Shown here in pieces: positions 15,001 through 26,272 of a stretch of 64,000 nucleotides of DNA. The stretch is from Nemertoderma westbladi. Taxonomy: Eukaryota > Animalia > Xenacoelomorpha. The number at the start of each line of letters is the position of its first letter. The stretch's first letter is position 1. Under the pieces are notes generated by a model. The model saw only the letters and a list, made by a program, of their open reading frames with translations. It made no database searches and was not told where the DNA came from. Location: NCBI GenBank assembly GCA_032718475.1, contig JAUCBJ010007966.1, positions 6,938-70,937 of the forward strand, in the 5' to 3' direction. The position numbers and the translations under genes were made by a program.

Positions 15001-16711
15001 CTAACCTCCCTACTACCTTCCTCTGACTCCAGGGATACCCCTAACCTCCCTACCCATTACCTTCCCCCCCTAACCTTCCTACTACCTTCCTCTGACTCCA
15101 GGGATACCCCTAACCTCCCTACTACCTTCCTCTGACTCCAGGGATACCCCTAAGCTCCCTACTACCTTCCTCTGACTCCAGGGATACCCCTAACCTCCCT
15201 ACCCATTATCTTCCTCCCCTAACCTCCCTACTACCTTCCTCTGACTCCAAGGATACCCATAACCTCCCTACTACCTTCCTCTGCCTCCAGGGATACCCAT
15301 AACCTCCCTACCCATTACCTTCCCCCCCTAACCTCCCTACTACCTTCCTCTGACTCCAGGGATACCCCTAACCTCTCTACCATTACCTTCCTCTGACTCC
15401 AGGGATACCCATAACCTCCCCACCCATTACCTTCCCCCCTAACCTCCCTACTACCTTCCTCTGACTCCAGGGATACCCCTAACCTCTCTACCATTACCTT
15501 CCTCTGACTCCAGGGATACCCCTAACCTCCCTACTACCTTCCTCTGACTCCAGGGATACCCCTAACCTCTCTACCCATTACCTTCCCCCCCTAACCTCCC
15601 TACTACCTTCCTCTGACTCCAGGGATACCCCTAACCTCTCTACCATTATCTTCCTCTGACTCCAGGGATACCCCTAACCTCCCTACTACCTTCCTCTGCC
15701 TCCAGGGATACCCATAACCTCCCTACCCATTACCTTCCCCCCCTAACCTCCCTACTACCTTCCTCTGACTCCAGGGATACCCCTAACCTCCCTACTACCT
15801 TCCTCTGACTCCAGGGATACCCCTAACCTCCCTACTACCTTCCTCTGACTCCAGGGATACCCCTAACCTCCCTACCCATTACCTTCCCCCCCTAACCTCC
15901 CTACTACCTTCCTCTGACTCCAGGGATACCCCTAACCTCCCTACTACCTTCCTCTGACTCCAGGGATACCCCTAACCTCCCTACTACCTTCCTCTGACTC
16001 CAGGGATACCCATAACCTCCCTACCCATTACCTTCCCCCCTAACCTCCCTACTACCTTCCTCTGACTCCAGGGATACCCCTAACCTCCCTACTACCTTCC
16101 TCTGCCTCCAGGGATACCCATAACCTCCCTACCCATTACCTTCCCCCCCTAACCTCCCTACTACCTTCCTCTGACTCCAGGGATACCCCTAACCTCCCTA
16201 CTACCTTCCTCTGACTCCAGGGATACCCCTAACCTCCCTACTACCTTCCTCTGACTCCAGGGATACCCATAACCTCCCTACCCATTACCTTCCCCCCCTA
16301 ACCTCCCTACTACCTTCCTCTGACTCCAGGGATACCCCTAACCTCCCTACTACCTTCCTCTGACTCCAGGGATACCCCTAACCTCCCTACTACCTTCCTC
16401 TGACTCCAGGGATACCCCTAACCTCCCTACCCATTACCTTCCCCCCTAACCTCCCTACTACCTTCCTCTGACTCCAAGGATACCCCTAACCTCTCTACCA
16501 TTACCTTCCTCTGACTCCAGGGATACCCCTAACCTCCCTACTACCTTCCTCTGACTCCAGGGATACCCCTAACCTCTCTACCATTATCTTCCTCTGACTC
16601 CATGGATACCCCTAACCTCCCTACTACCTTCCTATGACACCAGGGATCCCCCTCCCTATCATTACCTTCCTCTGACTCCAGGGATACCCCTAACCTCCCT
16701 ATCATTATTAC
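1..16711. repeat. Large intronic satellite, mixed 40/43-44/28-29 bp monomers (40-bp core CCCCTAACCTCCCTACTACCTTCCTCTGACTCCAGGGATA); continues past the left window edge
   Basis: Uninterrupted tandem array, roughly 400 monomers by length/unit size. C-rich on plus, G-rich on minus. The monomer contains the last 23 nt of the exon ending at 16712 plus its donor. Confidence 0.98.
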
Positions 16712-16929
16712 CTTCCTCTGACTCCAGGGATACCAAGCTTCCAGGTTTCCTTATCCCAAACTTCCCTCGATCAGCGAACCACGCCTGGTGTCCGTCGTTG
16801 ATGAACCTCATAAAATGTGTCCCGATTTCGTGATCGGCTAAGCAGATTATTCCATGTTCCCTTAGGTAGGGGTTGCTGTTGGAATCTTTGATAAAGAAAG
16901 TAAACTTTCTTGTCTCTGGCCGATTTTGT
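16712..16929 (-). CDS. MATCAP: MATCAP/KIAA0895-family tubulin tyrosine carboxypeptidase, catalytic exon (internal; downstream exons lie outside the window)
   Basis: Translates QNRPET...CLADHEIGTHFMRFINDGHQAW...SLESEEG. HEIGTH and the downstream EEG match the MATCAP HExxxH...E zinc site. Acceptor TTGCAG at 16935-16930; donor GAAG|GTAATA at 16712/16711. Confidence 0.85.
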
Positions 16930-17372
16930 CTGCAATACAAATGTAATCTAATATAAAGTATATTTTTTAGTTAAACCAGACGACTACTGAATCTGCAAAA
17001 TAGATTTTCCAAGTCGTTTTCGCAACGAATTAAAAAAATATAATGATCCTTTTGTGATCATCGACATACTATTATATTATAGTAGGTCATGGTATGATTC
17101 GTTGATTCGCAAATATTAATGTAAATTTCAAAATAAAAAACATAACAAGACAAGTTTTGTTTTAATTTAATCCGAAATAATTCATTCGTAATTTTAGACC
17201 TAAAAAATTTATGTACAAATTAATACAAATGTATGGAAATCTAAGTTAATGAAAAGACAAAAGGCGTTCCACCTTAATTGTGGATGCTGATTTTAATGAC
17301 ATTGACTCGCTGCTGTTCGTTTTCCTTCATAGATAGAGGGATTTTTCTTCTAAACCGTGCCACGTTACTTGC

Positions 17373-17554
17373 CTGCAATGAGGTCCGTTAGCCACCATTT
17401 TAGCAGCAGCGGATAAATGATGAGCCCAAACAATCTTTAATTTACCACCTAGACCGTGATTGTCAATGTATTTGCTAAGTTTGTCGGTGGCTTCCTCTTT
17501 AGAGATACGTTTTCCCCACGAACAGGCTAGGTATGTTTCTCCACAACCAAAATC
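17373..17554 (-). CDS. MATCAP: MATCAP-family gene, internal exon
   Basis: Acceptor GGCAG|, then 60 open codons DFGCGETYLACSWGKRISKEEATDKLSKYIDNHGLGGKLKIVWAHHLSAAAKMVANGPHC, resembling the MATCAP 'FG.YE.F...GG..L...Y...G....V....L' segment. Phase 0 in; phase 2 out at a GC donor, in frame with the next exon. Confidence 0.75.
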
Positions 17555-17625
17555 CTGCCGCTCAAACAGTAAAATACATAAATACTTAATAACTTACAAT
17601 AAACTGATTAACATTCACTGGCTGT

Positions 17626-18280
17626 ATGGCATCTCATTAGGCTCAAAATCCAATATTTCACTCTTTAATATTAATATTGCGAGTAATATCAATAATATTA
17701 GATCACCGTGCAGTATTATTACACTTTAATTCAATATATATTGAATATTCAATAATTAACAGAAATTCAATCAATATTGTGCAAATATTAATTCAATATA
17801 TAAACATATTGAATCAATATTCGCACATATTAAATAAATATGCTGACATGTTGGCAACATATTGAATCAATATTCGCACATATTGAATCAATATGTTGAC
17901 ATGTTGGCAACATATTGAATCAATATTCGCACATATTGAATCAATATGTTGACATGTTAGCAACATATTGATTCAATATTTGCGAATATTGATTCAATAC
18001 TGTATTTGCGAATATAGATTCAATATGTTGCCAACATGTCAACATATTGATTCAATATGTGCGAATATTGATTCAATAATTGAGAATATTAATTCAATAT
18101 GTTTGTATATTCAATTAATATTTGCTCAAATATTTGCTCTTTTCTGTTAATTATTGAATATTCAATATATATTGAATTAATGTGTAATAATATTGCACGA
18201 TGATGTAATATTATGGATATTACTCACAATATTGATATTGAAGAGTTAAATATTGGATTTTGAGCCTAATCAGATGCCAT
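17626..18280. mobile_element. Foldback/MITE-type non-autonomous DNA transposon with a 9-bp TSD (Mutator-like), inside a MATCAP intron
   Basis: Termini ATGGCATCTCATTAGGCTCAAAATCCAATATT ... AATATTGGATTTTGAGCCTAATCAGATGCCAT; near whole-length palindrome with internal subrepeats. TSD ACTGGCTGT at 17617-17625 and 18281-18289. Confidence 0.9.
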
Positions 18281-18497
18281 ACTGGCTGTGCCATAAAAAT
18301 ATAATCATAAACATCAGTGATATAAGAACATTTAGCTGCAAGAATATTAATATAAAAAAGGGTGCTAGCCAAGTTTAATAATAATTATCGGTTATGACAA
18401 TGCCATAAAATGTAAATAGAACAAAATCGGTAGGTCTATCTGGACCTTCGGTCCCATGTTACAAATATCCAAAACTACTACTACAATTATTGATCAC

Positions 18498-18634
18498 CTC
18501 AACAACTTTATCTAGAATCTGTTTGGCTTCTGTGATAAGTTCGTAGGAAACGGTACTCTTTTCTTTATGAGTGGTTGAATCGCCCCGTATAGAATCATCA
18601 ACTACTTTTGGTAGTAATATCGTTGGTATGTAAC
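18498..18634 (-). CDS. MATCAP: MATCAP-family gene, internal exon
   Basis: TTTTAG|GT TAC ATA CCA... encoding (G)YIPTILLPKVV...EAKQILDKVVE|GTGATC. Phases fit both neighbouring exons. Confidence 0.7.
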
Positions 18635-18741
18635 CTAAAATATACAACAAACAGCAGAAAATAATTACTTTTTTTTCTCGCTATTTCCCTCGGTTTCTAT
18701 TCCATGATTTTGTGCCTTTCCGAGCCTTTCCCTTATCCTAC

Positions 18742-18882
18742 CTGTTGACATAAACTTTATCTTTGCTTCTTCTAACTTCAGGGAGGTCTGTGACGGCTTG
18801 TAATGTTTCACTTCCGTCTTGTAGAATCTGTCGCCGACATGTTTCGTTGAAGGGCCAGACGACGTTGAGGTGTTACATTCAT
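18742..18882 (-). CDS. MATCAP: MATCAP-family gene, most upstream exon identifiable (start exon not found)
   Basis: Pyrimidine-rich acceptor TTTTGGTCTTCCAATTGCAG|; encodes ...YKPSQTSLKLEEAKIKFMSTG, resembling MATCAP 'P.NLEEEK.KF'. Donor ACAG|GTAGGA; 107-bp phase-1 intron to the next exon. Confidence 0.65.
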
Positions 18883-18924
18883 CTGCAATTGGAAGACCAA
18901 AATTATGACAGCGCAGCTTGACAG

Positions 18925-19065
18925 CCTTCAAGAAATGTCTGATCGTAAGGCCATAAGCTCCAGGGATGGTTTGCTTGAGCACTTGGATGACTTCTGCTAC
19001 TTGGGATCATGGATCCGAAAGTCAGGTGAAGTCGGATACGTAAGGGGGAGGCATGGACAGACCTT
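18925..19065 (+). mobile_element. Decayed RTE LINE fragment (5' piece)
   Basis: Encodes DGLLEHLDDFCYLGSWIRKSGE, matching the reverse complement of the RTE copies at about 31500-31590 and 42660-42770. Confidence 0.75.
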
Positions 19066-19737
19066 CGACCTTAGACCTTGTACCATCCTGCATCTGACTA
19101 TATAAGATTTATCGTGTTCTCTTTTTGCACTTTTATCCTGTTCTTGCACATAATTTCGAAAATGTCTCAAAAGTTTCCAGGACTTGGAATTGACTACCGT
19201 ACCTTTCCCATTAGCCCTACTATTGAGCTTTTTCCCTACGGTGGAACAACACCTGTGTTGTGTAGGTTAGCATTAATCCAAGGTGGGTCTGACTGACGTG
19301 TTTTAATTTCTCTACGTTTAAATAAATTGTGTTCTACCGTCGCTAAGTACCCGGGTAAGTTCATTTGGGTTGTTCTTTATATTATCATTCTTTATTTGAA
19401 TCCACATCAAAGTTACTGTAACCATGTCAATCAGCAGTTTTATACTCTAGGTAGAACAACTGCGTGCGCGAATGTAAAGGTGGTCTTTTTATATGAAAAT
19501 TGAATATTATAGCTAAGGTTGGGCAGTGATCTGAAACCTCCCTAACAGGTTACCGAAAAACAATTATTTGGTATTTCAGAGAAAGATAAGCATGGATGAA
19601 GATCAGAACCAATAAGATCTAAACAGGAACCACACGCCGGTCTAGTAATTTGATTACTAAGTTGTTTTATATTTAGGGCGTAGCAGAACTGTTGTATAAT
19701 TAGTGGAGCTGTATTTAGACAATCAGTATTAAACCCT

Positions 19738-20122
19738 CCAGGTTCGATTATTTATGGCAGTAGTATTACCAGTACTCTAATATGTGAGTCCATGCTGGGC
19801 TCTAACTGCAGAGGATGCCAAATATCTGTATGGCACTTTCACAAGAATGCTGAGACGGGTTCATTTTGTCAAGTACAATGAACACATCTCCAATTAGAAT
19901 CTATACAAATTGGAGGTGTCTCATTAGTCTCCCCTAGCTTGATACTTGAGCGGAACAGCCTCCGCTTTGTAGGATATTGCTTTCGCCGTGAGGACCAGCC
20001 AGAGCACAATCCTGTGCTTCATGGCGGCCTCATGCTGTGAATAAGCATGGTGGGCAGCCCATGACTATCTTGAGACGCACCTTAAAGGGCACTGACCTTG
20101 AATATGCGGATGATCTAGCAAC
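19738..20122 (+). mobile_element. Decayed RTE LINE fragment (3' piece of the same copy)
   Basis: GAGTCCATGCTGGGCTCTAACTGCAGAGG...CACAAGAATGCTGAGACGGGTTCA...GATGATCTAGCAA is colinear with the 3' part of the other RTE copies. Confidence 0.8.
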
Positions 20123-20924
20123 TTGAAACTTGTTTAGTACAGTGCGTAACTTGTGAAAGTAGTAGCTAAATCATAGAAAAGTTAGTTGACCCAATAAAAC
20201 AAACTAATGCATACAAGTTACACAATACCCGCACAACATGATTTACGCATTTTTCATCACATATTGTCACATTAAAGGACCAGGATTGAATTCGTTTGTT
20301 TCCACGGCTTCACACCGACATGAAACTAAAAACTAACAAAACCATTTCATAAAAATAAACTAAAACAAAACCTCTCATTAGCAAACGCAGCAGTAGTATT
20401 ACTATTAGAGTATTTCTTACCAAAGTTTGTTTGCAAAATGCACCCAAGACAATATCATGCAATGCAACTTGTTTTAGAAACATGTTACATAATTCGTTGG
20501 CATCGACTTGAAGTTCCTAAATTCACTAGTAGTAGTTATGCACTAGTATTATTATGTGGGAAATAAAGGTGAAACCCGTAAAGGTAAGGTATTACAGGTA
20601 TTAAAGGCATGGCAAACGAAATAATACAAAATGTAGGTAAAATATTTACACATTAAATAATTATTATTTATCCAAGACTTACCGGCAACTTGTTTGTTTC
20701 TGATGAAAATTGGCATAGATTTCAAAACTGACATAATTATATTACAATCGCAACTCACTGAAATTCAACAGCCTACTAAATACGAAGAGTTTAATTGTTA
20801 TCTTTAAATATTTAAATATTATAAATTATACAAAAATAGTTAAATATATTTATCAATATTGCATCAATCGTTATAGAAATCGTTAAATTAAGGATGTATT
20901 ATTTCGTACATATACAAAGTTATT

Positions 20925-22591
20925 TGTTATATTATATACACATTATATACATATTATATACACATTATATACATATTATATACATATTATATACACATTA
21001 TATACACATTATATACACATTATATACACATTATATACATATTATATACACATTATATACACATTATATACACATTATATACACATTATATACATATTAT
21101 ATACACATTATATACATATTATATACACATTATGTACACATTATATACACATTATATACACATTATATACACATTATATACACATTATATACACATTATA
21201 TACATATTATATACACATTATATACATATTATATACACATTATATACACATTATATACACATTATATACACATTATATACACATTATATACACATTATAT
21301 ACACATTATATACATATTATATACATATTATATACACATTATATACATATTATATACATATTATATACACATTATATACACATTATATACATATTATATA
21401 CACATTATATACACATTATATACACATTATATACACATTATATACACATTATATACACATTATATACACATTATATACACATTATATACGTATTATATAC
21501 ACATTATATACATATTATATACATATTATATACACATTATATACATATTATATACACATTATATACATATTATATACACATTATATACACATTATATACA
21601 CATTATATACACATTATATACATATTATATACACATTATATACATATTATATACACATTATGTACACATTATATACACATTATATACACATTATATACAC
21701 ATTATATACACATTATATACACATTATATACACATTATATACACATTATATACACATTATATACACATTATATACGTATTATATACACATTATATACATA
21801 TTATATACATATTATATACACATTATATACATATTATATACACATTATATACATATTATATACACATTATATACACATTATATACACATTATATACACAT
21901 TATATACACATTATATACACATTATATACACATTATATACATATTATATACATATTATATACACATTATATACACATTATATACACATTATATACATATT
22001 ATATACACATTATGTACACATTATATACACATTATATACACATTATATACACATTATATACACATTATATACACATTATATACACATTATATACACATTA
22101 TATACGTATTATATACACATTATATACATATTATATACATATTATATACACATTATATACATATTATATACACATTATATACATATTATATACACATTAT
22201 ATACACATTATATACACATTATATACACATTATATACACATTATATACACATTATATACACATTATATACATATTATATACATATTATATACACATTATA
22301 TACACATTATATACACATTATATACACATTATATACATATTATATACACATTATATACACATTATATACACATTATATACACATCATATACACATTATAT
22401 ACACATTATATACACATTATATACACATTATATACGTATTATATACACATTATATACATATTATATACATATTATATACACATTATATACATATTATATA
22501 CATATTATATACACATTATATACACATTATATACACATTATATACACATTATATACATATTATATACACATTATATACATATTATATACAC
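20925..22591. repeat. 11-bp minisatellite (CACATTATATA)n, about 150 copies
   Basis: Direct reading; explains the three overlapping YTLYTHYIHII ORFs. Confidence 0.97.
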
Positions 22592-22790
22592 AGGAAGTTG
22601 TTATATACTTTTATTCCTTCTACAAATTGTATTAAGTAATCCATAATGATATCTGATAAAGCGTTAAAATAATCTTAAATAATCTTAGAATCAAAAACCA
22701 TCCAGCTCCAGAACTCGACGTGAGTATTCCCCACAAAGCCAGCGATTATGATCGTATTACACCATAACCCGTAAAATAGTTTCATTGGAG

Positions 22791-23047
22791 TGAGATATAG
22801 GCGTTCTAAGATTGCATAAGAAGTATCGTTCGATGGAGGCCATTTATTCTATTTAATAAATACACAATGTTCTGGAACATTTTGTTAATGTATGAATAGC
22901 TACGTAATATAGATATTGTATAGGCAAACCGCTGTTGCCCACCTACTCATAAAATGAATAAACGTTCTAGAATTTTGCCCATTTATTAAATAGAATAAAT
23001 GGTCGACCGAGAACGACAATTCTTGCAATATTAACGCCTATATCTCA
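22791..23047. repeat. Degenerate inverted repeat, probable MITE core
   Basis: TGAGATATAGGCGTT / AACGCCTATATCTCA and CCATTTATTCTATTTAATAAAT / ATTTATTAAATAGAATAAATGG are nested reverse complements. Confidence 0.65.
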
Positions 23048-23729
23048 GTTGTTTCTCTACGAAATTCAGATAGGTGTTACATACTGTATTTCCAATCCTT
23101 ACAACGCAAGCTTTCTATTGAGATAAATAAATCACGACTAATGTGAAGAATGGAGGATGCGATTTCTCAAAGCCTTTTTTATTACGCTTATAATAAAATT
23201 TTAAAGGCAAAATCTAAAATTCCGGCTTCATGAGGACATCAACAGTGAGTTGAACTAATTGTAATAAATTAATTGCATAAAATGAATACAAATTTCATCA
23301 ATATTCCCAGACAATCCAATATTAAAATAATAAGCCAATGACATCTAGAACATAGTATTTATTAAGGACAGGGCACTGTAGTTTTTGAAGACTGGTTTGT
23401 TCTTGTTTTGGTGTATTTTAATACAGTATTTATAGAGATATTGTAGGTTTCTGATAACTTTTTTTAAGTTCTTGCTGATGCATTTTTCAACCTATTAACA
23501 ATAGCTAACATGACATAGAACATTTCTAAAAAATGTAGCTAAAACGTATTTGAAACCATTTGAAACACAACAATTTGTTGATAGTGAATAATGTTTCATT
23601 TTGTTATTTTCTGATGCCTTTGGTTAAATTTATTTTCGCTTGTTTAGTTTGGTCTAATTCGTTTGTTTAATTAATTAGTTTAAATAATTAGTTTGGTAAA
23701 TTTGTTATATCTTCTGTTGTTTTTGACAA

Positions 23730-24852
23730 CCGGTAACTACCGGGAAGGGTAACTACTGGGATAGGTAACTACCGGGATAGGTAACTACTGGGATAGGTAA
23801 CTACCGGGATAGGTAACTACTGGGATAGGTAACTACCGGGATAGGTAACTACCGGGGTAGGTAACTACCGGGATAGGTAACTACCGGGGTAGGTAACTAC
23901 CGGGATAGGTAACTACTGGGATAGGTAACTACTGGGATAGGTAACTACCGGAATAGGTAACTACCGGGGTAGGTAACTACCGGGATAGGTAACTACCGAG
24001 GTAGGTAACTACCGGGATAGGTAACTACTGGGATAGGTAACTACCGGGATAGGTAACTACCGGGATAGGTAACTACTGGGATAGGTAACTACTGGGATAG
24101 GTAACTACTGGGATAGGTAACTACTGGGATAGGTAACTACCGGGATAGGTAACTACCGGGATAGGTAACTACTGGGATAGGTAACTACCGGGGTAGGTAA
24201 CTACCGGGATAGGTAACTACCGGGGTAGGTAACTACCGAGATAGGTAACTACCGGGATAGGTAACTACTGGGATAGGTAACTACTGGGATAGGTAACTAC
24301 TGGGATAGGTAACTACTGGGATAGGTAACTACTGGGATAGGTAACTACCGGGATAGGTAACTACCGGGATAGGTAACTACCGGGATAGGTAACTACCGGG
24401 ATAGGTAACTACTGGGATAGGTAACTACTGGGATATGTAACTACTGGGATAGGTAACTACTGGGATAGGTAACTACCGGGATAGGTAACTACCGGGATAG
24501 GTAACTACTGGGATAGGTAACTACCGGGATAGGTAACTACCGGGAGAGGTAACTACCGGGGTAGGTAACTACTGGGATAGGTAACTACCGGGATAGGTAA
24601 CTACCGGGATAGGTAGCTACCGGAATAGGTAACTACCGGGATAGGTAACTACCGGGATAGGTAACTACCGGGATAGGTAACTACCGGGATAGGTAACTAC
24701 CGGGATAGGTAACTACCGGGATAGGTAACTACCGGGATAGGTAACTACCGGGATAGGTAACTACCGGGATAGGTAACTACCGGGATAGGTAACTACCGGG
24801 ATAGGTAACTACCGGGGTAGGTAACTACTGGGATAGGTAACTACCGGGATAG
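23730..24852. repeat. 16-bp minisatellite (GGGATAGGTAACTACY)n, about 70 copies
   Basis: Direct reading; C/T and occasional A/G variants. Confidence 0.97.
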
Positions 24853-25658
24853 CTTTTTACGTTTGCTAGTTTGTTTTAATTAATTTAACAATATAATTCC
24901 TTTCTGCACTTTTTTTAAGACACCAAATATTACAAATTACATTTTTTTAATTTGTATTAGAGGCCACAGATAGTAGCAAAATGAAGCATTAAATTATTCA
25001 CTATCCAACAAATGTTTGTGTTTTAAAAATATAGCAATCATATAATATATAATATTGCCACAATTTAATAGCTAATTATTGTACAAAAAGAAAGTAACAA
25101 TTTTTTTGTCCGACTGTATAATCCGCATTTTCGAGAAATAGTTAAAGCATAATATTATTTTCGAGTCCGAAGGCCGTGTAAAAAAAGCTTTTACTATTTC
25201 GAGGAAATGCAGCTTTTTTAGTAGGTAGTGCACGGTTGCAAGGCCTTGTACTTATAGATCGCCTTGTATCAAACCAAATAATCAAATCATATAATCAAAC
25301 CAAAAATTAGATTAAACTAGTTACTGAACCAAAACATCCCACAACAAAACATTTTAAATGCTAAATTTATTAATAAATACCAACGTAATTACTGATCTAG
25401 AATAAATTATTGATTGGATAAATATTTAATAATCCACATTTTTGGAAGTTTGATTGGATAATTCCTTTATTGTCCGAACTTTTGTGAACAATAAAAGGGA
25501 TATTTTAAAGAATATAACTAAATTACCAAATATTTGATCACCCCAAAGCATATGTGCGAAAAAATTATTGAATAATAACATGAGAATTTACTTAAAAAGT
25601 TACCCAGAATCTATATATTTTAATACATAGTATTAAAATACAACAAAAACACGACTGG

Positions 25659-26272
25659 AGCTAAGTGCAATGTCCTGAACAAATGATATATTCTAGCTAA
25701 GTGCAATGTCCTGAACAAATGATATATTCTAGCTAAGTGCAATGTCCTGAACAAATGATATATTTTAGCTAAGTGCAATGTCCTGAACAAATGATATATT
25801 CTAGCTAAGTGCAATGTCCTGAACAAATGATATATTCTAGCTAAGTGCAATGTCCTGAACAAATGATAAATTCTAGCTAAGTGCAATGTCCTGAACAAAT
25901 GATATATTCTAGCTAAGTGCAATGTCCTGAACAAATGATATATTCTAGCTAAGTGCAATGTCCTGAACAAATGATATATTCTAGCTAAGTGCAATGTCCT
26001 GAACAAATGATATATTCTAGCTAAGTGCAATGTCCTGAACAAATGATATATTTTAGCTAAGTGCAATGTCCTGAACAAATGATATATTCTAGCTAAGTGC
26101 AATGTCCTGAACAAATGATATATTCTAGCTAAGTGCAATGTCCTGAACAAATGATAAATTCTAGCTAAGTGCAATGTCCTGAACAAATGATATATTCTAG
26201 CTAAGTGCAATGTCCTGAACAAATGATATATTCTAGCTAAGTGCAATGTCCTAAACAAATGATATATTCTAG
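25659..26272. repeat. 36-bp minisatellite (AGCTAAGTGCAATGTCCTGAACAAATGATATATTCT)n, about 17 copies
   Basis: Direct reading; explains the FRTLHLARIYHL ORF. Confidence 0.97.

Noticed and set aside
1-16711. Telomere or CRISPR array
   Set aside because: CCCTAA occurs once per monomer, not in tandem; there are no unique spacers or cas genes; the context is a eukaryotic intron.
20894-22646. 581-, 504- and 207-aa YTHYIHII ORFs
   Set aside because: Artefact of a stop-free 11-bp repeat open in all three frames.
25620-26258. 212-aa FRTLHLARIYHL ORF
   Set aside because: Translation of the 36-bp minisatellite.
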